Assembly: GCA_019633985.1 (NCBI GenBank)
Contig: JAHQWE010000005.1
Span: forward strand, 11,331 to 75,330
Source of the DNA: Acidiferrobacterales bacterium
Lineage (GTDB): Bacteria > Pseudomonadota > Gammaproteobacteria > Arenicellales > Poriferihabitantaceae
DNA length: 64,000 nucleotides
Direction of reading: 5' to 3'
Shown here: positions 10,760-20,979 of the stretch, piece after piece
Numbering within the stretch: the stretch's first letter is position 1
Layout of the letters: each line of letters begins with the position of its first letter
Position numbers and translations under genes: made by a program
Notes under the pieces: model-generated
Seen by the model: the letters and a program-made list of their open reading frames with translations, nothing else
Database searches by the model: none
Told to the model about the DNA's origin: nothing

Positions 10760-12025
10760 ATGAGTAAGAGTGCCGCCAATACCCAAGACATCAGTTGTGA
10801 CTTCGATCCTGGGTCAATTTCAGCCGATGAGGCATTGCGCAGGATACTGGCCGATATCACCCCGATTCATCAAACTGAATCGATCTCGCTTCGCACTGCT
10901 TTAGGCAGGGTAACTGCGATTGATGTCAAAAGCCGGGTTAACGTGCCTAACCATACCAATTCTGCAATGGATGGTTATGCGCTAAAAGGAGATGCCCTGC
11001 CTTCTGAGGACACAGCGACATTTAAGGTAGCGGGAATCTCTTTTGCAGGCAAACCTTTCCGCGGTGGTGTCAGAAGTGGCGAATGTATTCGTATCATGAC
11101 CGGCGCGGTGATGCCCGAGGGTTGCGATACGGTGGTTACTCAAGAAAGAGTTTCCAGAGAGGGCGATTCGGTCACAATCTCTGAGGGAGAATCGGCGGGT
11201 GCCAACGTTCGTCAGGCCGGTGAAGATCTTGCTCCGGGTGATGTGGCGATTGCGGCAGGGACACGAATTGGTCCGGCTCATCTCGGGCTGGCGGCATCTC
11301 TGGGGTTCTCTGAACTGCCCGTTCTTCGCCGGCCTCGCGTTGCCTTCTTCTCCACTGGTGACGAGCTGCGATCGGTTGGTGAAGTGCTTGAAACCGGCGA
11401 CCTCTATGATTCCAATCGATACACTCTGTTCGGCATGCTGAGCGAAGACAATGTGGAATTGGTCGATCTCGGTATTGTGCGAGACGACCCCAATGCTATT
11501 CGACAAGGTTTCGAAGATGCCGCGGATTGCGCGGATGTGGTGATCACGTCGGCGGGAGCATCTGTGGGAGATGCGGACTATGTCAAACAGACGTTGGACG
11601 CCATAGGCGCAGTCAACTTTTGGAAAGTCGCCATTAAGCCAGGACGACCTCTGTCTTTTGGAAATGTGAAAGGAAGTCTATTCTTTGGATTACCCGGTAA
11701 CCCGGTATCCGTCATGGTGACATATCAAATCTTTGTACGCGAAGCGATTCGGAGGTTGTCAGGAGAGCGTGATGCACCGGTTTTAAAGCTGCAGGTGCCG
11801 TTAGCTTCCAACTTGCGAAAACGACCGGGCCGAGTGGAATACCAGCGCGGTGTTTTGAGTAAAGATGATGCGGGGAATACGGTGGTCAGTTCGACGGGCG
11901 AACAGGGCTCTGGAATTTTGCATTCGATGAGTGTGGCGAACTGCTTTATCATTTTGCCAGCGGAGAGCGATGGTGCTCAACCGGGTGAGTTGGTGCAGGT
12001 GCAACCATTTAGTCAGTTTACCTAG
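10760..12025 (+). CDS. moeA: Molybdopterin molybdotransferase
   Basis: SAMDGYA, IMTGA, STGDEL, KPGRP, GLPGNP. Confidence 0.96.
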   Translation: MSKSAANTQDISCDFDPGSISADEALRRILADITPIHQTESISLRTALGRVTAIDVKSRVNVPNHTNSAMDGYALKGDALPSEDTATFKVAGISFAGKPFRGGVRSGECIRIMTGAVMPEGCDTVVTQERVSREGDSVTISEGESAGANVRQAGEDLAPGDVAIAAGTRIGPAHLGLAASLGFSELPVLRRPRVAFFSTGDELRSVGEVLETGDLYDSNRYTLFGMLSEDNVELVDLGIVRDDPNAIRQGFEDAADCADVVITSAGASVGDADYVKQTLDAIGAVNFWKVAIKPGRPLSFGNVKGSLFFGLPGNPVSVMVTYQIFVREAIRRLSGERDAPVLKLQVPLASNLRKRPGRVEYQRGVLSKDDAGNTVVSSTGEQGSGILHSMSVANCFIILPAESDGAQPGELVQVQPFSQFT

Positions 12026-12152
12026 GATTTGATTTGTCCGTGATTGGTCCGCAAACCACTATTTACAACGATGTGCGCGCCGCTGGGGTAACGAGCTATT
12101 GCCATGATCTGTTTCTATTCGACCAACTGATTTGGTTATTAGAGCCTTTGTA

Positions 12153-12755
12153 ATGAATTCTGACATTGAGCGCTGGAACGAGCGTTATGCAAATGGGGAT
12201 GGCGTGGTTGAAGCGAAGCCTGAGCCAGAATGGCTATCGCAGCCAGCGGAATCGATCTTTCGCAACCTAGCTAGACGCCAACATTCCGTCGGTTTGGATA
12301 TTGCCTGCGGCAAAGGCGCCGCTAGCCTGTATCTCGCTTCTCTTGGCTATTACATGGTGGCGGTAGATGGCGCCATTGAGGGGCTGCGAATTTGTCAGGC
12401 TGAGTCAAGATCGCAATCGCTCCCTGTGCATTCGGTCGTAATGGATCTGGAACGGGCAACGTTTAAACAGGGCGCATTTGATCTCATCACAGTGGTGCGA
12501 TACCTCAATCGTTCCCTATACCCCAATATGGTCGAGGCTTTGGCGCCGGGAGGTTTTCTGTTTTATAAAACATTTAATGTTGATCACCTGAAGACAAAAC
12601 CTGGTTTCAATCCGGACTATGTTCTTCAGCCTGGGGAACTAGAAAGCGCGTTTTCCGGATTGAAGATTGTGGAATCCGGGGGCGTCAATGGATGCAGTTT
12701 TATCCTCGCTAAAAGCGTTAAGTTCGATTCTGTCCTTGAGAGCGCTAATCGCTGA
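12153..12755 (+). CDS. Class I SAM-dependent methyltransferase (TehB-like)
   Basis: WNERY, LDIACGKG, FDLI, LAPGG. Confidence 0.82.
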   Translation: MNSDIERWNERYANGDGVVEAKPEPEWLSQPAESIFRNLARRQHSVGLDIACGKGAASLYLASLGYYMVAVDGAIEGLRICQAESRSQSLPVHSVVMDLERATFKQGAFDLITVVRYLNRSLYPNMVEALAPGGFLFYKTFNVDHLKTKPGFNPDYVLQPGELESAFSGLKIVESGGVNGCSFILAKSVKFDSVLESANR

Positions 12756-13197
12756 TGCTTTTGTCCGAAACAGGGGCTTCTGAATCCCCCCCTTTCACAA
12801 CGTTGGAGATAACCGCCCCTGCTTTCGCGGCTTTTTCACCAGTAAACTCCACAGCCGTCTTGGTCGCCTTTTTGGTTGCATCCCAGGCTTTTGAGGATTC
12901 TTTAGTCACCACTTCTGCACCTTTTGCGACGCCGGTTTTGCTGGCTTCCAGGATCTTGCTCCCCTGCACCTTAGAGTACTCCGCTGCACTGCTTGCTGCT
13001 TCACCGGTTTTCTTTTTGGTTTCTTGCCATAAGGTAGAAGCATCTTTTTCACCAGCTGGTTTCGAAACTTCAATTTCTTCAACCTGAACCTTGGGGGTCT
13101 CATCACTAAAAGCTTGTGTGGACAACGCGCTGGTGAGAATCACCAATAGCGCGCAGGATAATCTTGTGATTCGAGAATGAATGCTGAAATGAATCAT
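12745..13197 (-). CDS. Secreted Ala/Lys/Glu-rich helical-repeat protein (LEA/apolipoprotein-like)
   Basis: Sec signal (TQA-FS) followed by amphipathic repeats WQETKKKT / WDATKKAT. Confidence 0.65.
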   Translation of the reverse strand: MIHFSIHSRITRLSCALLVILTSALSTQAFSDETPKVQVEEIEVSKPAGEKDASTLWQETKKKTGEAASSAAEYSKVQGSKILEASKTGVAKGAEVVTKESSKAWDATKKATKTAVEFTGEKAAKAGAVISNVVKGGDSEAPVSDKSISD

Positions 13198-13265
13198 TGA
13201 AATCGGAATGTGTAGGGTGAGCAGGAAAGTATAAACTGCAGGTGTGAATGAATAATGAACGATAG

Positions 13266-14039
13266 ATGAACGAAATAAACTGTAGGTTGGTAGAGAATCC
13301 AGTGCTGATAGTAACTGGAGGCGGTCGTGGGATTGGCGCTTCCGTTTGTAGAATGGCAATAGCCCGGGGATACACGGTGGTTTTCAGTTATCTGCATAAT
13401 AAGGAAGCCGCCAGTGAACTGGAGCAGGTGTTACAAGCCGAAGGGGGAGAATGTCTCGCGATACGGAGCGACGTGGCAGTTGAAAAAGACGTAGTCAACT
13501 TGTTTGAAATCGCGGAGAGTACTTTCGGTCCAGTTCGGGCATTGGTCAATAATGCCGGTGTGCTGGAAACACAAATGCCTCTAGTTGAAATGACAGCAGA
13601 GCGGATTGATCGGGTAATAGCCACCAACGTTCGCGGCAGTCTCTTGTGTGCCAGGGAAGCGGTCAGACGAATGGCAGTAAGCCGCGGTGGATCTGGCGGG
13701 AGCATCGTCAATCTTTCTTCGAGGGCAGCGGTGTTGGGCGCTGCGAATGAATACATTGATTACGCTGTTTCCAAAGGGGCTATCGATACGCTGACGATTG
13801 GGCTTTCCCGTGAGGTTGGAAGCGAGGGAATTCGGGTAAACGCAGTGAGACCCGGTTTAATCGATACGGACATTCACACTTCCGGGGGCGAACCCGGACG
13901 AGTAGCGAGACTATGTGCTTCCGTACCGATGGGTCGTGGTGGTAGTGCGGAAGAAGTAGCGGAAACCATCATGTGGTTGTTGTCTGAACAGTCGTCTTAC
14001 TGCAATGGAGCGTTATTAGACGTGAGCGGAGGCCGCTGA
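13266..14039 (+). CDS. Short-chain dehydrogenase/reductase
   Basis: TGGGRGIG, NNAG, YAVSK. Start may be TTG 13287. Confidence 0.93.
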   Translation: MNEINCRLVENPVLIVTGGGRGIGASVCRMAIARGYTVVFSYLHNKEAASELEQVLQAEGGECLAIRSDVAVEKDVVNLFEIAESTFGPVRALVNNAGVLETQMPLVEMTAERIDRVIATNVRGSLLCAREAVRRMAVSRGGSGGSIVNLSSRAAVLGAANEYIDYAVSKGAIDTLTIGLSREVGSEGIRVNAVRPGLIDTDIHTSGGEPGRVARLCASVPMGRGGSAEEVAETIMWLLSEQSSYCNGALLDVSGGR

Positions 14040-14125
14040 ATTTGTTATAGTACGGGTTTGCCGGGTAGGGACGGTAAAGCTGGTAATCGATAAAACCAAA
14101 AATCATACTGACCAAATTCACAAAT

Positions 14126-14959
14126 ATGGGGTTGAAGATGGAGTCAACGAAAAACGAAATGCCTACGCTTTATTATGCACATGACCCTATGTGCAGTTGG
14201 TGCTGGGGGTTTTCACCCGCATGGCATCTACTCAAAAAATCGGTGCTGCATAAGTACGCATCGAGACTGGAGGTAGTTGAGCTGCTAGGCGGGCTTGCCC
14301 CTGATACTGATGCGCCCATGCCGGCGTCTATGCGCCAACACCTGAGAGATACCTGGTTGGAAATAAAAAAACGAATACCAGGAACAGAATTTAATTTTGA
14401 TTTCTGGACGGTCTGTGAACCCAAGCGTTCGACCTGGCCCGCGTGTCGCGCTGTCATTGCTGCCCGCGGACAAGGTACCGATCGCGCTGATGCCGAGCAG
14501 AAGCAGGATGCCATGACAAAGGCGATCCAAAAGGCCTACTATCTGGATGCACGCAACCCATCCAGCATTCTCACACTGGTGGCTATTGCCGAAGAGATTG
14601 GTCTGGATAAGGATCGGTTTACGATGGAGTTACAGAGTGACGCACTCCGTCAAATCCATCAGGAAGAAATGATGAAAGTCCGGCAGTTAGGCGTTCAGGG
14701 TTTTCCGAGCCTGGTGATGGTAATTGATCAGGTCGCACATCGAGTATTGCTGGATTACTCCGGATTGGAAAAGACGCTGCATCACATTGAGCGATTGATG
14801 AAAACCACAGAACCAGCGGGAGAATGGAACGAGGATGTCGATAAAGAGAATAAAGTGAATAAGCAGCCCGAGTCAGCGGATCCAGTCGCCCTCGAAAAGG
14901 AGGATAATTCCACTACTTCATCCGCAGCCGCCTCAACAGCTGTCGCAATGAATGGTTGA
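14126..14959 (+). CDS. DsbA-family protein (putative disulfide isomerase)
   Basis: DPMCSWCWGF and GVQGFPSL, with a low-complexity C-terminal tail. Confidence 0.88.
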   Translation: MGLKMESTKNEMPTLYYAHDPMCSWCWGFSPAWHLLKKSVLHKYASRLEVVELLGGLAPDTDAPMPASMRQHLRDTWLEIKKRIPGTEFNFDFWTVCEPKRSTWPACRAVIAARGQGTDRADAEQKQDAMTKAIQKAYYLDARNPSSILTLVAIAEEIGLDKDRFTMELQSDALRQIHQEEMMKVRQLGVQGFPSLVMVIDQVAHRVLLDYSGLEKTLHHIERLMKTTEPAGEWNEDVDKENKVNKQPESADPVALEKEDNSTTSSAAASTAVAMNG

Positions 14960-15029
14960 CGACTCCCTGGCACTGACCTTCTGGCACTCGACGAGCAGGT
15001 AGGTAGTACGAGGATTTCTCTAGAGCGTC

Positions 15030-16361
15030 TTAGATCGTCCGGGACATCACTTCCCTGGAGGTAGCGAACTCTTTGACCTCAGGCCATTTTTCTCTCAGTG
15101 CTACAGCGCTCTCACGAAAGCCCGGCGGTGTACGGCCGTTGTAAGGGCCGTTTTGCAGGCAGGGCACGTGAATCGCGAGTACTTTACCCGCCGCCGCCCT
15201 TACCTGAATTGCCAAGTCGACACCGTGAAGATGATCACCGATTTTTGGATCCACCCGACGGGCAGTATTCGCTGGCATGATAATAATTTCGTCATCCAGA
15301 AAATCGACTTCTTTGATCATATTTTGCTCGGGATAGTGCGTTTGTTCGGGCGTCAATGTTGACCCATGGACAACAAACTGCCCTTCCAGATTGCGCTGGA
15401 CACCAGATGATCCTGCTACCCAGTTACTTCCGTATCGGGATTCAATGTCCCTGATTTGGTCGGACAACCTTAAATCCCACTGATCAGGCAAATACATATG
15501 CTCCCGGACAAGCACCACGTACTCATGCTTGGCTTTGCCGATACCATCGTTCCAGGCATCTGCAAGCTTCATCGGACGACGATAGATACTGATTTGGTGC
15601 GGGTGATCGGTCTTTATAACGGGTGATGAATAAAAATTATCCTTCAAAACACCAGTGTACCGACTGTGCACAATAAAACTGACAGGCGTTCGATTGCGTG
15701 ACTTGGGATCGATTTGTTGGCAGGAGATGTTTAGGTACTGAAAGCTTTCCATATCCTGTAACGTCGACTCAGAAATTTCTAGCTTCTCAAGCAAAGGCTT
15801 CATTTGATGAGCGAGCTGATCATCTTTCTGAAAAATTCGACTATGCAATTTGGGCATCATCCCTGCATCCAGCATTAGTTTGGATATATTCGCCAAACAG
15901 TAAAATCGCACATGCGTGGCGTCAAGCAATCCCACATTCCTGTATTGAAAATCACCTTTCAACAATCTGCGAAAAATGGAGAAATGTTGAATATTGGGAA
16001 TGGAGGTGTATAACTCACCACCCTCGGAGAGTAATGCCCTTGCCTTTTTGAGTGCTGCGAGGGGGTTAAAAAGATGTTCGACCACATCGCCAAGAATGAT
16101 GGCATCGTATTTACCTTCAAGATGCCCCAGGTCATCATGTTCGACATTGAGAACATGGACTTCGTCCAGTTTTTCCCTGGCGAGAGCTGCCATGCTATCG
16201 TTAATTTCAATTCCGCAGACGACCCTTGATGGATCCTGCTTTTTTAACTCATGACCCAGCAGGCCGGTATCACAACCGATATCGAGGATGCGCTTTGCCC
16301 CGAGTGGAATAATGTCGAACAGATACTTATTAAAACTGTTGTAACGGAGTTTATCCGACAT
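15030..16361 (-). CDS. SAM methyltransferase fused to a GT2-like domain
   Basis: LDIGCDTG, GDVVEHL, GLLDATHVRF in the N-terminal half. The C-terminal half (AWNDG..AKHEYVV, VAGSSG, HGVDLAIQ) resembles Glyco_tranf_2_5. Confidence 0.75.
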   Translation of the reverse strand: MSDKLRYNSFNKYLFDIIPLGAKRILDIGCDTGLLGHELKKQDPSRVVCGIEINDSMAALAREKLDEVHVLNVEHDDLGHLEGKYDAIILGDVVEHLFNPLAALKKARALLSEGGELYTSIPNIQHFSIFRRLLKGDFQYRNVGLLDATHVRFYCLANISKLMLDAGMMPKLHSRIFQKDDQLAHQMKPLLEKLEISESTLQDMESFQYLNISCQQIDPKSRNRTPVSFIVHSRYTGVLKDNFYSSPVIKTDHPHQISIYRRPMKLADAWNDGIGKAKHEYVVLVREHMYLPDQWDLRLSDQIRDIESRYGSNWVAGSSGVQRNLEGQFVVHGSTLTPEQTHYPEQNMIKEVDFLDDEIIIMPANTARRVDPKIGDHLHGVDLAIQVRAAAGKVLAIHVPCLQNGPYNGRTPPGFRESAVALREKWPEVKEFATSREVMSRTI

Positions 16362-16378
16362 TCTCTTAAGCCGAAGGT

Positions 16379-16993
16379 CTACTCAGGCCGTGTGGCTGAC
16401 AGAATATCGCCAAACGTGGCGTATTCGCCCGCCCCCAATCTGGCAAGGGGTTCGATATTTTTGGCACTGATTTTAAGTCTGCCTTTTTCATTCATTTCGG
16501 CACAGCTGTCATCAATCCAGATCGACTGTACTTCACCAAATACTAGGGCCTGATTGTTGTTGCCGATGGTTTTAAGTTCGTAGGTGGTGCAGCACATCGC
16601 TAATTTGCATTGAGCAACCCGCGGCAGCGTAAACCCGTCTATCTTTGCTGTGTGTATGGAGTTAGTCTCTATCTCAGAAGTGCCATAAGGCAGTGTTGCT
16701 GAGGTTTGATTGAGATCAGGAAGCTGTTGAACGCTTGCAATGTTAACAACAAAGTGGTTCCGCTCCTCAATATTTATCAAGGTGTCTTTTTGGGTTCCAT
16801 CCGGCTGTAAACCGATAGAAAACATAATCAGAGGCGGGTCGCTGGCCACCGCATTGAAATACGAAAAAGGTGCAAGGTTCAGACTTCTATCCTGATTTTC
16901 AGAAAGAACCCAGGCGATCGGTCGAGGAATGACTGTTTGGGTCATCGTGAAATAAGCATCGGCCGCTTTCAATTCAGCCATGTTGATTTGCAT
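16379..16993 (-). CDS. Flavin reductase family protein
   Basis: VIPRPIAWV, NLAPFSYFN, KDT..NI, LARLG. Confidence 0.9.
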   Translation of the reverse strand: MQINMAELKAADAYFTMTQTVIPRPIAWVLSENQDRSLNLAPFSYFNAVASDPPLIMFSIGLQPDGTQKDTLINIEERNHFVVNIASVQQLPDLNQTSATLPYGTSEIETNSIHTAKIDGFTLPRVAQCKLAMCCTTYELKTIGNNNQALVFGEVQSIWIDDSCAEMNEKGRLKISAKNIEPLARLGAGEYATFGDILSATRPE

Positions 16994-18074
16994 GATTTGT
17001 TATCGAATCAGTTAAAGGTTAAGGGGAAGCGTGGTTTTTTATTGGTGCGTTGAGACACGAGAATACATTGTCAGAGAATGGTTCAGTATGCAACGTCTTG
17101 TATACGATTCAGCCAAGTATTCTACTTATATTATTCAGTCACGTCGGTTCGAACCGCATCGGGCAATCGACTCGGGTTGGAGACAAATTTCTAATCCAGA
17201 TTTAACATTTTTAGGCTCCACATCAGTTGCATGACCCGAAGATCGAAACCGGCTTTCATTATCAAGTTAGATGAAGTGAGGATATTCGATGGCGCGGTTC
17301 TTTGAGGTTGTGCAGTGATTGGCATAACATAAGAAATAATAGTTGCCGGTGGCGTAAAGTCCGGATCAACACTGACAAAGTATCCAACCAATATTTTCGC
17401 AGCAGGATTTCCATCGCTCGTACCAGAATCGGATCACCTGAAATGCTTCAGCGCTTTAAAATACTGGGTTAGCTCGTTCGCAATACACTGCTTGGGGCCA
17501 GCACCCGTTGTTTTATCAATCGTTCGGTAGGGAAGTGAGTGGGTGCTGACACAGGGCGTCACTTTGTACAGTTGTGAGTGCTGATCCAGTTTCTTCAGCG
17601 ACGCCAGATCTTTTTTTAAAAAGGCAATAGACGAGGGCACCAGACTAGATGTATGACATCTGGCTAGTCGGTATCAATAGTTGATATGTCTGCTGTTGCC
17701 GAAATTGGCTTCGAGGGATAAAAACTCGGACAGATACTTATGGCTAAGTGACGCGACACTCAGACAATGGATCGGATCGGGATTTCATCGCTCGATTTCG
17801 GAGACTTTAGACTGAAAATGAAAGTCTTGATTATCCGCAAGGGGCTGCAAATATTGAGCAAGCAGTTTAAATGCAGTGGGATCTGAGGCAGGGTTGTAGT
17901 CGAGAACGCCGGATGAAATATCCAATATTCTTCTGAATTCGGGAATAATTCCTGGAAAGCTTCGTATGGAAAAACTGGATACGCAGGCAAAGAACCGAAT
18001 GCGTGCAGCCTGGGGGTGGACTGAGCCTATTCGTTTTCTGTTGCCAGATTTTGGCTTGGAAAGCCGGTAGGAGT

Positions 18075-18114
18075 AAACAAAACGCCTGGCTGTAGTTCGA
18101 GGCTACAGCCAGGC
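18075..18114 (-). terminator. Rho-independent terminator of the csp gene
   Basis: Perfect 12-bp stem GCCTGGCTGTAG/CTACAGCCAGGC, followed on the minus strand by GTTTTGTTT. Confidence 0.85.
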
Positions 18115-18123
18115 TGAACTGGA

Positions 18124-18336
18124 CTAAAGTCCGGTGACGTTTTCCGCCTGTGGTCCTTTTGGGCTCTCGGTCACTTCAAAAGTCACCTGCTGCCCATCTC
18201 GCAAAGTCTTGCGACCCTGACCATTGATAGCGCGGTAGTGAACAAACACATCTGCGCCGCCTTCTCTTTCGATGAATCCGAAGCCCTTGGAGTCGTTGAA
18301 CCATTTAACGGTTCCGTTGATCAACTCACCTGACAT
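18124..18336 (-). CDS. Cold-shock domain protein
   Basis: GTVKWFN, KGFGFI (RNP1), VFVHY (RNP2), GPQAENV. Confidence 0.96.
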   Translation of the reverse strand: MSGELINGTVKWFNDSKGFGFIEREGGADVFVHYRAINGQGRKTLRDGQQVTFEVTESPKGPQAENVTGL

Positions 18337-18497
18337 ACTTTTTACCTCTTGTTGCAAAAACACCCCTTAATAAAGCGTTTTACCGCCTTACCGGAGCTAA
18401 ACTGGATGAAACGAATAACAATGCAAATCTTGAAAACCGACACCGCTAGAAACGTCTTTCCGCGAAAACAGCTAGATAGTCCTCACTGTTATTCGCG

Positions 18498-18506
18498 AAT
18501 ATACCA
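18498..18506 (-). promoter_or_regulatory. Extended -10 promoter element for the csp gene
   Basis: TGGTATATT on the minus strand, ~160 nt upstream of the csp start. No good -35. Confidence 0.4.
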
Positions 18507-18574
18507 CCTTTTTTTTACAGCAATATCACTAAATTGGGACTCTTTTGAAAAGTATTTGACGCAAATGCGATTGA

Positions 18575-20293
18575 TTATCCGGCGTCATGAATGGCGCTGA
18601 GCACTGAAACGAGCTCGTCGATCGGGATTTCCTGCTCATCTCCCGTCGCCCGATTCCGGTATTCCACAACCCCTTTCTCAAGACTTCGGTCACCAATCAC
18701 CAGCCGATGGGGTATGCCGATCAGTTCCATATCAGCAAACATGACTCCAGGACGTTCATTACGATCATCCAGTAGCACTTCCATCCCGGCTGCCTCGAGC
18801 TGATCATGAAGATGGTCAGCCGTTGTGCGCACAGAATCGGATTTCTGATAGCCAACTGGCACGATAGCGACATCCCAGGGGGTGAGTGAGGAAGGCCAAA
18901 TAATGCCCTTGTCGTCGTGGTTTTGTTCGATTGCCGCTGCGATAACGCGTGTGACACCAATACCGTAACAACCCATATACACAGGGACGCCTTTACCGTT
19001 TTCGTCAAGCACAGTAGCACCAATTGCTTCACTGTAAGTCGTACCCAGCTGGAAGATATGCCCTACCTCGATACCACGAGCAATGGTCAACCTGCCTTTG
19101 CCGTCCGGACTTGGATCACCTTCGACTACATTACGAATATCGGCCACATTCTCCAATGGCAGATCCCTTCCCCAATTAATTCCAAAATAGTGCTTGTCTT
19201 CAATGTTGGCCCCTGCGCCAAAATCGGCCATCGCAGCGACCTCAAAATCCACAATAAAAGGGATGGGAAGATTTACCGGTCCGAGGGAACCCGGTCCCGC
19301 ACCAATTGCATCACGTATCTCGGCCTCATCCGCCATTTTCAGCGGTTTGGCAATCAGTGATTGGTTTTCAGCTTTGACCGCATTTAGCTCATGATCACCT
19401 CTGACAAGCAATGCAACAAGCTTGTGGTCGCTGTCTTCTGCGGCATGCACCACCAGTGTTTTTATTGTCTTCTCGATTGGTAGCCCGAAGCCTTCAACCA
19501 ATGCTTTGATTGTTTTGGTATTCGGTGTATCCACCAGACGCATTTCTTCACTCGCTTTTGCGCGTTCTGTGCTCGGGATCGATACTGCTTTTTCGAGATT
19601 CGCCGCGTATTCGCTGGTATCGGAAAACACGATTGCATCTTCTCCTGAATCTGCGAGAACATGAAACTCGTGAGATCCCTCCCCGCCGATACTGCCGTTG
19701 TCAGCGACTACTGCGCGGTAGTTTAGTTTCAGCCGATCAAATATTGCGACATAGGTGTCATACATCACCTGGTAAGACTCAATTAATGAGGCTTCATCGA
19801 TATTGAATGAATAGGCATCTTTCATAATGAACTCCCGGCCTCGCATAATGCCAAAGCGTGGTCGAATTTCATCTCGAAATTTGGTTTGGATCTGGTAGAA
19901 GTTCAAAGGTAGTTGACGGTAGCTCCTCACTTCATTTTTGACGAGCTGTGTGATCACTTCCTCATGGGTTGGACTGAGACAGAAATCTCGCTGGTGGCGA
20001 TCTTTAATTCTCAACAACTCTGGACCATATTTTTCCCAACGTCCCGACTGCTGCCAAAGCTCTGCTGGGTGTACTCCGGGCAGTAATACTTCCTGTGCAC
20101 CAGAACGATCCATTTCCTCTCGCACGATGTTCTGAACTTTGTGTAATACCCGCATTCCCGTGGGTAACCAATTGTAAACGCCCGCGGCCAGACGTCTGAT
20201 CAAGCCGGCGCGCAGCATCAGTTGGTGGCTGATGATCTCGGCATCGGCAGGTACTTCTTTGAGCGTGGCTAGGAGGTTTTGAGATGTGCGCAT
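18575..20293 (-). CDS. proS: Proline--tRNA ligase with INS editing domain
   Basis: [39 protein letters not shown]. Confidence 0.98.
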   Translation of the reverse strand: MRTSQNLLATLKEVPADAEIISHQLMLRAGLIRRLAAGVYNWLPTGMRVLHKVQNIVREEMDRSGAQEVLLPGVHPAELWQQSGRWEKYGPELLRIKDRHQRDFCLSPTHEEVITQLVKNEVRSYRQLPLNFYQIQTKFRDEIRPRFGIMRGREFIMKDAYSFNIDEASLIESYQVMYDTYVAIFDRLKLNYRAVVADNGSIGGEGSHEFHVLADSGEDAIVFSDTSEYAANLEKAVSIPSTERAKASEEMRLVDTPNTKTIKALVEGFGLPIEKTIKTLVVHAAEDSDHKLVALLVRGDHELNAVKAENQSLIAKPLKMADEAEIRDAIGAGPGSLGPVNLPIPFIVDFEVAAMADFGAGANIEDKHYFGINWGRDLPLENVADIRNVVEGDPSPDGKGRLTIARGIEVGHIFQLGTTYSEAIGATVLDENGKGVPVYMGCYGIGVTRVIAAAIEQNHDDKGIIWPSSLTPWDVAIVPVGYQKSDSVRTTADHLHDQLEAAGMEVLLDDRNERPGVMFADMELIGIPHRLVIGDRSLEKGVVEYRNRATGDEQEIPIDELVSVLSAIHDAG

Positions 20294-20520
20294 TCGGAGT
20301 ATTGACTAGAGCGGGGTGGGCTAGTCTACGCGCTTTCAGGGTCGGTTTAAACCGTCCGTCTTGACGGCAATTTCAAGCCAAATAAGAAGAAGAAAATGAA
20401 AGCTTTGCATCGGTTTGCCGGGCTGTCGCAGGATCGTTATCTAACGATTCGAGATAAGATAAAAAAAGAAAGAGATTACGAAGTGATTGTTGGAGCGTAT
20501 TGCATTTGATATGGGAGAGA

Positions 20521-20808
20521 ACACCCAGCCAGTATCGCAAAACAATCCTAGTGACTCAGAATCAACTACAGTGAATTGAAATCGAAAACACCGAAAGTTT
20601 TACTTTATTAGGCGGGGCGTTCCGAATAGGTTACTTCCACACTTTCGGGCCGTCAGATGACGATTAACTCTCGCCAGGAAAGGGCTATGTTAGCTATATT
20701 GGATATCCAGATTTTCGGGATGAGTTGAAGTACTTCATCGCTCATCCTAGAGAGACAATTGAGATCGCGCACCATGGATTGAATATCTATCAGAGGACGC
20801 TAAACTAA
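20521..20808 (+). pseudogene. Decayed CgeB-like (Glyco_trans_1_2) glycosyltransferase fragment
   Basis: One frame reads KTILVTQNQLQ*IEIENTESFTLLGGAF...*LSPGKGYVSY...ELKYFIAHPRETIEIAHHG, with two internal stops. Confidence 0.45.
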
Positions 20809-20979
20809 TGGAGTTAAGTTTTCTAAATTGGGCTGCCGGGGTTAAAACGAGTGATAGTGATTGCCGATGCAAGCGAATTCTCACTAGCATCAAGTACGTC
20901 GGTAGCGTAAAACGGTCTGTTCGTTCTTTAATGCTTCCCGCCGCGCTCGTTTCCGAAATAACCTTAAAAATCTGACATC

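Noticed and set aside
17146-17157. CGGTTCGAACCG resembling a tRNA T-arm
   Set aside because: No acceptor, D or anticodon stems can be built around it.
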